Assembly (NCBI GenBank): GCA_947629725.1
Contig: CANREU010000001.1
Location: 1-40,852, forward strand
Length of the DNA stretch: 40,852 bases
Origin: an uncultured Clostridia bacterium
GTDB taxonomy: Bacteria > Bacillota > Clostridia > Christensenellales > Borkfalkiaceae
Direction of reading: 5' to 3'
Positions 1 to 8,354 of the stretch are shown here, one piece after another. A program made the translations under genes and the position numbers. Within the stretch, counting starts at the first letter, position 1; each line of letters starts with the position of its first letter. Below the pieces are notes generated by a model that worked only from the letters and a program-made list of their open reading frames with translations, was not told the origin of the DNA and ran no database searches.

Positions 1-16
1 TATTTTCGTCGCAATA

Positions 17-1130
<1,114 letters not shown>

Positions 1131-1134
<4 letters not shown>

Positions 1135-1766
1135 ACGGCTTATACGACGAAGAGCGCCTCATTTCCCTCGGATTCGGGCGCGAAAACGGGGCTCTCGTGC
1201 GGCGGAAGACGATCGAGGGCGGGCTCGTCCTCACGGTCACCGTCACGCCCGCGGGGGAGATCGCGGAGAGCGTTACCGACTCCGAGACGGGGGAGCCCTA
1301 CACCTTGCACCTCACCGACGCGGAGGGGACCTTTGTGGGACGGGTGCGGGAGGAGTATCTTGCGGCAAGGAGGGAGATCGAGCCCTGCCTTGCGGGCGGG
1401 AAGTTCCGCTGTATCCAGACGCGCGTCCTCCTCGCGTATGCGCGCAATAAATACGGCGACGAGCCCGAATATCTGTGGGCGCAATACCCCGATTACGCCG
1501 TTTTAAGGAGGCATGAGACGGGGAAGTGGTATGCCGTCATCATGACGGTAGACGGCGCAAAATTGGAGGATGGGGGCGAAAAAAACGCGGAAATCGTTGA
1601 TTTTCACATGGAGACGGAGGAGCTCGCCGCCCGCGTGGACGGAAAGACGCTCTTTGGCGGCTGGCACATGAATAAGAAGCATTGGGCGACGGCGATCCTC
1701 GACGGCCGCCTTCCCCAAGAGACGCTCGAGGCCCTCCTCGACGGGAGCTACCGCCTCGCAAAATAG
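1131..1766 (+). CDS. MmcQ/YjbR-family protein
   Basis: GTG start overlaps the mnmA stop (GTGA). The C-terminal half (YLWAQYPDYAVLRR...GKWYAVIM...GWHMNKKHWATAILDG...LLDGSYRL) looks like the YjbR/MmcQ fold family. Confidence 0.7.
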
Positions 1767-1779
1767 AATAAGAACAGAA

Positions 1780-1805
1780 GCCGCCCCTCGGGCGGCTTTT
1801 TGTTT
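1780..1805 (+). terminator. intrinsic terminator after the yjbR-like gene
   Basis: GCCGCCC-CTC-GGGCGGC stem-loop followed by TTTTTGTTT. Confidence 0.8.
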
Positions 1806-1820
1806 GCCGCCCGCGCGAGG

Positions 1821-2330
1821 CAAAGCTGCCCCCTTTGAAGGGGCGGGGTATTTCAGCACTTGCCCTCCCCCTGCGTGAGGGGGAGGGACAGGGGTTGCCC
1901 CCGATATTCCGCACCCGCCCATCCCAACCGTGCCCTCCCCCTGCGTCAGGGGGAGGGGTAGGGGTGAGGGTCCGCCCGCGAATTTCGACAGCCACCCCCC
2001 TTGATCCCCCCGCCGAAGGCAGGGGGTTTGCTTTCTGCTCGCCTCGCTTTACGGCCTTCACCTCCTCCTTCGTTTGAGGGGGCGTCGCCTCTTCTCTTGC
2101 CTCCCCCCTTATACTTGAGGGGGGAGGGTAGGGTGGGGGTGGAAAAGCTGCCCCCTTTGAAGGGGGCGGGGCACCTGCGCCTCATACCGAGGGCGCAGCC
2201 CGAGTGTATCTTGAAAGATCCGCTCACTTTGCCTGCGGCTCCGTTCGGAATGGGGGAATACTTGCCCTCCCATACCCCCCTTGCCTCCCCCTCAAGGGGG
2301 CGCCGAGAGAGGGCGTGCTCCCTCTGCGGC
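1821..2330. repeat. mosaic hairpin-repeat cluster A
   Basis: Contains hairpin modules at 1828-1844, 1863-1887, 1933-1957, 2100-2127, 2150-2167 and 2180-2256. All of them recur in other intergenic clusters of this window. Confidence 0.9.
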
Positions 2331-2373
2331 AGGAGGCGGAATTTTTCCGGCGGCCGCCCTTCATTCCCCATTC

Positions 2374-2904
2374 TCAATTCCCGAAAAATTTCCGCACGAG
2401 TTCCGCGATCTTGCTCTTATAAACAATGTTCCCGTTCCCGCCCGAAAAGCAGAGGGGCGGGTATACCACGCACCACCAATTATCCCCCTTGCCCGAGCCG
2501 AGCTCGAGGATGAGCGCGTCGTAAACGCCCGCCTCGAGGGTCGCCCCCTCATACACGCGGGTGGGGAACTCCTCCCTTTTCAGCGACGCGTGCGCGCCGT
2601 AGGAGAACCCGTTCTCGCGGAGGACTTTTTCCGCGACTTCTTCGAGGGCGGGGAGCTCCTGCCCGATCTTCTCCATCGCCTCTTTCTTCCCTTCGCATTC
2701 GGCGACGGCGGGGGTGAGGTATGCGACAACGGCGTCCCGCACCCTGTATTTCACCCGCTGCGCCTCCTCCTCGTTGGAGTCCGCGCGGATATGTACGCGG
2801 AGATAGCGGTCCGCCTCCTGCGGGGTCTTTGCGGGGAGCCCGAAGAGGGCCGCAAGGGCACATGCTGCGCCGAGAAGAAGAAACACGATCGCAAATTTTT
2901 TCAT
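2374..2904 (-). CDS. spoIIR: stage II sporulation protein R
   Basis: MKKFAIVFLLL signal sequence. YLRVHIRADSNEEEAQRVKYRVRDAV and GDNWWCVVYPPLCF match the conserved SpoIIR motifs. A GGAGGTG RBS lies upstream of the ATG at 2904. The longer 279-aa ORF N-terminus is A/P/S-rich and lies upstream of the sigmaF-type promoter candidate at 2928-2956. Confidence 0.85.
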   Translation of the reverse strand: MKKFAIVFLLLGAACALAALFGLPAKTPQEADRYLRVHIRADSNEEEAQRVKYRVRDAVVAYLTPAVAECEGKKEAMEKIGQELPALEEVAEKVLRENGFSYGAHASLKREEFPTRVYEGATLEAGVYDALILELGSGKGDNWWCVVYPPLCFSGGNGNIVYKSKIAELVRKFFGN

Positions 2905-2927
2905 GAGACACACCTCCGTGCGGGGAA

Positions 2928-2956
2928 GGTATTGCCGCGTGAAACTCTTTTTATAC
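2928..2956 (-). promoter_or_regulatory. candidate forespore sigmaF-type promoter of spoIIR
   Basis: Minus strand reads GTATA, a 15-nt spacer, then GGCAATAC. This fits the published sigmaF pattern (GYATA -35, 15-nt spacer, GGnnAnAHTR -10) with one or two mismatches. It is about 20 nt upstream of the RBS. Confidence 0.4.
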
Positions 2957-3025
2957 CTGTAAGAGGGCGGAAAGGGGGGCGCATAAAATTTCCGCCCTTG
3001 CGCACATTGTGCATAGGAGGAAACT

Positions 3026-3753
3026 ATGAAGAAGATTTTGGCAGTCGGCGCGCTGGCGTTTGCGCTCGCCGCAGGCACGGTCGCGGGGGGAACGGTATAC
3101 GCCGCCGTCCGCGCGGAGGATCCCGCGGCGATCGCCGCGGTCACGGAGGCCGCCGTGCTCCGCCAGGGGAGCAGGGCGGCGAGGTGAAGGAAGTCCAGCG
3201 CAGATTGAAGCAATGGGGGTACTATTCGGGCGCGGTAGACGGTATTTTCGGCTCCGCGACGAAGAAGGCGGTCGTCGCGTTCCAGAAGAAGAACGGCCTC
3301 ACGGCAGACGGCATCGTCGGAAAGGCCACCTACAAGGCGCTCGGCATGAACGATTCCTACAACGCCTTAAACGGCACGTCCAACCCCTCCTCGGGCTACA
3401 CCTCGTCCGACCTCTATCTCATGGCGAAGGCGATCTACGCCGAGGGCAGGGGGGAGAGCTACACGGGGCAGGTCGCGATCGGCGCCGTCATCATGAACCG
3501 CGTGAAGAGCCCCTCCTTCCCCAACAGCATCTCGGGGGTCATCTACCAGAAGGGGGCCTTTACGGCGGTGACGGACGGGCAGATCAATTTGGAGCCCAAC
3601 CAAACGGCGTATAACGCCGCGCGGGACGCGATGAACGGGTGGGATCCCACCTACGGATGTCTCTACTACTACAATCCCGCGGTCGCCACGAGCGCGTGGA
3701 TCTTCAACCGCAAGACGGTGACCGTCATCGGCAAGCACGTGTTTGCCATTTAA
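3026..3753 (+). pseudogene. sleB: spore cortex-lytic enzyme SleB, interrupted by one frameshift as sequenced
   Basis: The signal peptide MKKILAVGALAFALAAG... is encoded from ATG 3026 and stops at TGA 3185-3187. The peptidoglycan-binding domain (VKEVQRRLKQWGYYSGAVDGIFG...) and hydrolase_2 domain (AKAIYAEGRGESYTGQVAIGAVIMNRV) lie in the frame of ORF 2281-3753. The switch is at the GGG run 3174-3176. Confidence 0.85.
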
Positions 3754-3762
3754 GGAGGAGTT

Positions 3763-5616
3763 ATGGAAAAGAAAACCGGAAAGAACGTTTCGAGCGGAGC
3801 AAAGAAGGTGGAAACGATCGAGGAGAAGGTCCCGTCTATAGACAAGGCGCCCTCCACCGTCCGCAAGAAGAGGACCGCGGAGGCGGTGAAAAAGGAAAAG
3901 CAGGCGGCGGACAGGCGGGTAGACGCCGCGAAAGCGCGCGCCGAAGAGAAGACGGAACGCCTCGAAAAAAAGGCGGAACTCAAGAAGCGGAAGCTCGAGA
4001 AAAAGGCGGAGATCAAGGCAAAAAAGCTCGAGCACAAGCAAGAGAAGCTCGAAAAGAAGGCGCAGATCAAGGCGAAAAAACTCGAGAAGAAGGCGGAGCG
4101 CGCCGCCCGCCGCGAGGTGCTTTTGAGCGAGAGCAAGGCGGAAAAGAGAAAGCGCGCCGAGCGGGAAAAGCGGGAACGTCTCGCCGCAAAGAGGGAAAAA
4201 CGGGAAGCGCGCGAGCGGGCACGTGAGAAGAAGACCGAGGCGCGGAAAGCGGCGCACGCGAGGAAGGCGGAAGAAAAGAGACGTGCGGCAAGGAGCAAAA
4301 AGAGCGGAGCGGGGGGCTGGATCGCCGCCGTCTCCGTCCTCGGGGCGGCCTGTCTTGCCCTCGCGACCGTCGTCACCGCAGGCGCCCTCCGCATGAACAG
4401 CATGGACCTCGCGGCGGAGAGCGGCTACCGCGCCGCCCTCTATGAGATGGTCTCGAGTTCGGAGGGGCTCGAAAACAGCCTCAACAAACTCCGCGTCGCA
4501 ACGGGGCGGGAGGAGCAGCGGGAGCTCTTCACCGAGGTGCTATTGGACAGCGCGATGATGGAGAGCGCGCTCGAGAAATTCCCCGTCGATCAGGCAACGG
4601 GTGCGGATATTTCGGGCTTTGTCAACCAAACGGGCGCCTTTGCGCGGACGATGCTCGAAAAGCTCGCCGCGGGGGAGAAACTCACGCAGCGGGAGATGAC
4701 CGCCGTCGAGAGCCTGTATGAAGTGAATGCGGGGCTCTCCCGCGAACTCAACGACCTCGCGACCCACCTTTCCCGCAAGGACCTCCGCGCCTTCACGGCG
4801 GGACGGGAGGGGAAGGTCTCCGAGCGCATCACGGGCATGACGGAGTCCGCCAAAGAGAAGTTCGCCGTGACGGACGCCCCCTTCGCGGAACGGGGCAATG
4901 TGGGAACGAACAGGCTCTCCGTCCTCGAAGAGGTCACCCCCGCGCAGGCGGAGGAACGGGTGCGGGAATACCTCAAAAACTACCGCATCGCGGAAGTCAA
5001 GTATACGGGGGAGACCCTCGCGCCCGACATTGCCTGCTACAACTTCGTTCTCACCGATGAGGACGGCAACGAGATCTTTGCCGAGATCACCAAAAACGGC
5101 GGCAAGCTCGCCTTCTTCGACACCTACGAGGAGTGCACGGACAAGAACTTCACCCTCGCCGAGTGCGACGCGCTTGCAAGCGAATTTTTGGGCGGCCTCG
5201 GCTACGGCGATCTCGAGGCGGTGTGGCTCTCCGACGGCGGCATGATCGCCAACCTCACCTATGTGAGCTGCGAGGACGGCGTGCGCGCCTACCCCGACAC
5301 GGTGCGGGTGCGGGTGTGCGAATCGAAGGGGCGGGTCGTCGGCGTCGACATGAAGGCGTATCTTTTGAACCACGCCTCCCGTGACTACGGCGGGCAGATC
5401 TCCCGCGACGCGGCGGAAGAGGCGCTCTCCCCCCGTCTTGCCGCAAAGGCTTGCAACCTCGCCCTCATCTCCCTCCGCGGGGAGGAGACCCTCTGCTACG
5501 AGTTCCTCTGCGCTTGCGGGGAGGAGGAATTCCTCTCCTATGTAGACGCGAAGAGCGGCGAAGAAGTCGCGCTCTACCGCGTCCGCGAGAGTGCACAGGG
5601 CAGCTACCTTGAATGA
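3763..5616 (+). CDS. ypeB: germination protein YpeB with a long K/E-rich N-terminal extension
   Basis: Lies directly downstream of sleB, as in the Bacillus sleB-ypeB operon. Single TM segment (WIAAVSVLGAACLALATVVTAGA) followed by a YpeB-like ectodomain with PepSY-like C-terminal repeats. Confidence 0.75.
   Translation: MEKKTGKNVSSGAKKVETIEEKVPSIDKAPSTVRKKRTAEAVKKEKQAADRRVDAAKARAEEKTERLEKKAELKKRKLEKKAEIKAKKLEHKQEKLEKKAQIKAKKLEKKAERAARREVLLSESKAEKRKRAEREKRERLAAKREKREARERAREKKTEARKAAHARKAEEKRRAARSKKSGAGGWIAAVSVLGAACLALATVVTAGALRMNSMDLAAESGYRAALYEMVSSSEGLENSLNKLRVATGREEQRELFTEVLLDSAMMESALEKFPVDQATGADISGFVNQTGAFARTMLEKLAAGEKLTQREMTAVESLYEVNAGLSRELNDLATHLSRKDLRAFTAGREGKVSERITGMTESAKEKFAVTDAPFAERGNVGTNRLSVLEEVTPAQAEERVREYLKNYRIAEVKYTGETLAPDIACYNFVLTDEDGNEIFAEITKNGGKLAFFDTYEECTDKNFTLAECDALASEFLGGLGYGDLEAVWLSDGGMIANLTYVSCEDGVRAYPDTVRVRVCESKGRVVGVDMKAYLLNHASRDYGGQISRDAAEEALSPRLAAKACNLALISLRGEETLCYEFLCACGEEEFLSYVDAKSGEEVALYRVRESAQGSYLE
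3961..4113 (+). repeat. in-frame tandem repeat, 33-nt period (11-aa KLEKKAEIKAK units), inside ypeB
   Basis: Units start with CTCGA(A/G) at 3961, 3994, 4027 (a truncated 21-nt unit), 4048 and 4081. Confidence 0.8.
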
Positions 5617-5622
5617 ACAAAG

Positions 5623-5653
5623 ATCCTCCGAAGTCCCCTTCGGAGGATTTTTC
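5623..5653 (+). terminator. intrinsic terminator after ypeB
   Basis: ATCCTCCGAAG-TCCC-CTTCGGAGGAT (11-bp stem) followed by TTTTT. Confidence 0.9.
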
Positions 5654-5674
5654 TCGGCCTCCGAGGAACGCACA

Positions 5675-6122
5675 GCGTATGCCCCCTCCGTTGGAGGGGG
5701 GCAGGGGGGTGGGCGGCAAGACCTGCCCCCTTTGAAGGGGGCGGCTCCCCCGCTTGCGGGGGTGGTGGGGGTTGCCCACGACACTCCGCCTCCGCATATC
5801 CCGAGCTTGCCCTCCCCCTGCGTCAGGGGGAGGGGTAGGGGTGAGGGTTGCCCGTAAATTTCCACCTCCCTTGATCCCCCCGCTAAAGGCAGGGGGTTTG
5901 CTCTCTGCGTGCCCCGACTTGCGGGTTTCACCTCCTCCCTCGTTTGAGGGTGGGGGGGAGCACCTGCTCCTCATACCGAGCGTAGCGAGTGTATCTTGAA
6001 AGATTCACTCACTCCGCCTACGGCTCCGTTCGGAATGAGGGGAGGGCTGGGCGGAACGAGGGGAACTTGCCCTCGTCCCGGCCGCCCCTTGCCTTCCCCT
6101 CGGGGGGAAGGCTTGCGGCGGC
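5675..6122. repeat. mosaic hairpin-repeat cluster B
   Basis: Modules at 5682-5700, 5725-5742, 5810-5834, 5864-5908, 5969-6040 and 6092-6111. The stretch 5768-6040 is collinear with cluster A 1891-2256. Confidence 0.9.
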
Positions 6123-6193
6123 GGAAGGGCGGGCGTTTTCCGACCCCATGTCGGCATTTTGCGGATACGGGGTCGGAAATTTTCGTAATTCTC

Positions 6194-6222
6194 TTGACAA
6201 TCCGCCGCAAAGGGAGTACAAT
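6194..6222 (+). promoter_or_regulatory. sigmaA-type promoter of the flavin reductase gene
   Basis: TTGACA (6194-6199), 17-nt spacer, TACAAT (6217-6222). Confidence 0.7.
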
Positions 6223-6249
6223 TCCCAAAAACCCAACGGGAGGAAAAGC

Positions 6250-6819
6250 ATGAAAAGTTTCGGCGCAAAGCCCTATCTGTTTCCCATGCCGACCTACATG
6301 ATCGGCACCTACAACGAGGACGGCACCCCCGACCTCATGATGATGGCGTGGGGCGGGATCTGTGCGGAGGATATGGTCGCCCTCAACATCGACGGGGAGC
6401 ACAAAACGGCGGCAAATCTCCGCCGCAGCGGGGCGTTCACCCTCGCCATCCCCTCCGAAGAGACCCTCGCGGAGAGCGATTATCTCGGCACCGCGAGCGC
6501 GAACAAGGTGAAGGATAAGTTCGCGCGCACGGGTCTGCACGCCCACAAAAGCGAGCGGGTGGAGGCGCCCGTGATTGAGGAATACCCCGTCACCCTCGAG
6601 TGCACGGTGGAAAAGTTTGAAGACGAGCCCTACGGGCTGCGCGTGCTCGGCAAGATCGTAAACGTGCTCACGGCGGAGGAAGTGCTCGACGAAAAGGGCC
6701 GCATCGACGCGGGCAAGCTGCACGCCTTCTCCTTCGACCAAATGCGCAACGGCTACTATGCGACGGGGGAGAAGGTCGGCACGGCGTGGAAGAGCGGCGC
6801 GCATCTTCTCAAAAAGTAA
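6250..6819 (+). CDS. flavin reductase-like (flavoredoxin family) protein
   Basis: MKSFGAKPYLFPMPTYMIGTYNEDGTPDLMMMAWGG... is typical of the FMN-binding split-barrel flavin reductase family. AGGAAAAG-type RBS before ATG 6250. The upstream part of ORF 5989-6819 lies in repeat cluster B. Confidence 0.75.
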   Translation: MKSFGAKPYLFPMPTYMIGTYNEDGTPDLMMMAWGGICAEDMVALNIDGEHKTAANLRRSGAFTLAIPSEETLAESDYLGTASANKVKDKFARTGLHAHKSERVEAPVIEEYPVTLECTVEKFEDEPYGLRVLGKIVNVLTAEEVLDEKGRIDAGKLHAFSFDQMRNGYYATGEKVGTAWKSGAHLLKK

Positions 6820-6849
6820 AAAAGAAAAAATAAGGGGGGAAATCGTGAC

Positions 6850-7743
6850 ATGAAGAAGGGTCTTTGCGTTTGTGCGGCGATCCTGTTTGCCGCGCTCGGC
6901 GCCGCGGGATGCGGTGCGGACGAAAAACCTGCAAAGGAGAAAGTTTTGCGGGTGCTCGGGCCGGACTTCAAGTATGAGACGGCACACTACGAACACACCG
7001 TCGGATACGTCGATAACGGGAAGGAGATCGCGCTTTCGGGGACGGTGTACGAACCCGATGCGAGCGGCAAGTTTCCCGCCGTCATTTTGAGCCACGGGTT
7101 CAACGGGCACGGCTACGATTTTACGGAGGAGTGCCGTAGATTTGCCGAGAGGGGGTACATCTGCTATGCGTTCGATTTCTGCGGCGCGCAGAAAAACGGC
7201 GGGAGCACGGGAAGGACGGCGGAAGAGTACACTCCCTTCACGATGAAGGAGGACCTTCTGCACGTCATCGAGGCGATCGGGAAACTCTCCAATGTGGACA
7301 AGTCCCAGATCTTCCTCTTCGGCGGAAGCCAGGGGGGACTTGTCACCCTGCTCGCGGCGGCGGACGAGGCGGTGAAAGAGAAGATCGCGGGGGTCGCGAC
7401 CTACTTCCCCGCCCTCAATATCCCCGACGATTGGAAAGATAAGCCCGAGGAAACGACCCCGCTCATGGGTTACTATATCGGCGCGGAGTTCATCCGCTCG
7501 GTGCAAAATTTCGATCCCTACGAGGTCATCGGGGAATATAAAGGAGACGTGTGCATCGTGTGGGGAGACAAAGACGAGCTCGTCCGCAGGGAATATATCG
7601 ACCGCGCAACGGAAGTCTTCGGAACGCGCGCAGAGCTCACCGTTTTGAGCGGGGCGGGGCACGGGTTCGGCGGCGCCGATCTCGACAAGGCGATCGGGAC
7701 GGTGCTCGCCTTCCTCGAGGCGCGTACCTACACCTATCGATAA
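6850..7743 (+). CDS. alpha/beta hydrolase, predicted lipoprotein
   Basis: Lipobox LGAAGC. Nucleophile elbow GGSQGG. Later WGDKDELV and GAGHGF fit a Ser-Asp-His triad. Confidence 0.75.
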   Translation: MKKGLCVCAAILFAALGAAGCGADEKPAKEKVLRVLGPDFKYETAHYEHTVGYVDNGKEIALSGTVYEPDASGKFPAVILSHGFNGHGYDFTEECRRFAERGYICYAFDFCGAQKNGGSTGRTAEEYTPFTMKEDLLHVIEAIGKLSNVDKSQIFLFGGSQGGLVTLLAAADEAVKEKIAGVATYFPALNIPDDWKDKPEETTPLMGYYIGAEFIRSVQNFDPYEVIGEYKGDVCIVWGDKDELVRREYIDRATEVFGTRAELTVLSGAGHGFGGADLDKAIGTVLAFLEARTYTYR

Positions 7744-7784
7744 GGGGCTTTTCGGCAGAAACCGCTCGATTTTTTCGGCACCTC

Positions 7785-7813
7785 TTGCATTTTTCGCGGG
7801 GGAGCCGTATAAT
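7785..7813 (+). promoter_or_regulatory. sigmaA-type promoter of the trmL-cls operon
   Basis: TTGCAT (7785-7790), 17-nt spacer, TATAAT (7808-7813). Confidence 0.7.
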
Positions 7814-7840
7814 AGCCCTATCACAGACAAGGGGAGAGCT

Positions 7841-8338
7841 ATGTTTCACATTGTGCTCATAGAGCCCGAGATCCCGCAGAACACGGGCAACATTGCGCGC
7901 ACCTGTGCGGCGACGGGTGCGGCGCTCCATCTCGTCCGCCCGCTCGGTTTCGAGCTCTCCGATAAGTACTTGAAGAGGGCGGGGCTCGACTATTGGGGGC
8001 TCGTGGAGGTCTCGGTGTACGATTCCGTGGAGGAGGTGTACGCCGCCCTCCCGTCTTCCCGCTTCTTCTATTTCACGACAAAGGCGCCCCGCGCCTACAC
8101 GGAGATAAGCTACCGCGACGGGGACGCCCTCGTCTTCGGCAAGGAGACGAAGGGGCTTCCCGAGGAGCTCCTCGTAAAGCACAAGGAGAGCTGCGTCCGC
8201 ATCCCCATGCGGGAGGAGACGCGCTCCCTCAACCTATCCAACTCCGCCGCCGTCGCCCTCTATGAGGCATTGCGGCAGACGGATTTTTTCGGGCTCTCCA
8301 AAGAGGGAAGGCTGCACCGCCTCGAATGGGGAGACTGA
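7841..8338 (+). CDS. trmL: tRNA (cytidine/uridine(34)-2'-O)-methyltransferase TrmL (SpoU family)
   Basis: MFHIVLIEPEIPQNTGNIARTCAATGAALHLVRPLGF...AGLDYW is the hallmark TrmL N-terminus. Length is 165 aa. Confidence 0.9.
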   Translation: MFHIVLIEPEIPQNTGNIARTCAATGAALHLVRPLGFELSDKYLKRAGLDYWGLVEVSVYDSVEEVYAALPSSRFFYFTTKAPRAYTEISYRDGDALVFGKETKGLPEELLVKHKESCVRIPMREETRSLNLSNSAAVALYEALRQTDFFGLSKEGRLHRLEWGD

Positions 8339-8354
8339 CTGCGAAAAAAAGACG

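Noticed and set aside
1835-2513. Short and medium ORFs inside repeat clusters, for example 1835-2077, 2001-2513, 5591-5857, 5754-5999, 10431-10898, 34242-34745 and 38706-39065
   Set aside because: They are translations of hairpin repeats (PLREGEG, GEGRVGV and PPLKGA-type strings). Both strands are equally open, there are no RBSs, and the same peptides arise only because the DNA modules repeat.
2981-3011. SigmaG-type promoter for sleB (GCATA ... CATTGTG)
   Set aside because: The spacer would be about 19 nt and the -10 matches poorly. The implied transcription start would fall inside or after the RBS at 3016-3020.
2281-3753. 490-aa ORF as the sleB coding region
   Set aside because: Its first 300 aa or so are antisense to spoIIR and cross the divergent promoter region. 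Only the last 190 aa or so are SleB-like. The genuine N-terminus (signal peptide) is at ATG 3026, in another frame.
5971-7830. 619-aa ORF on the minus strand
   Set aside because: It is antisense to two well-supported + strand genes (flavin reductase, alpha/beta hydrolase). The translation is R/G/P/E-rich and low in complexity, with no motifs. This is a typical shadow ORF in GC-rich DNA.
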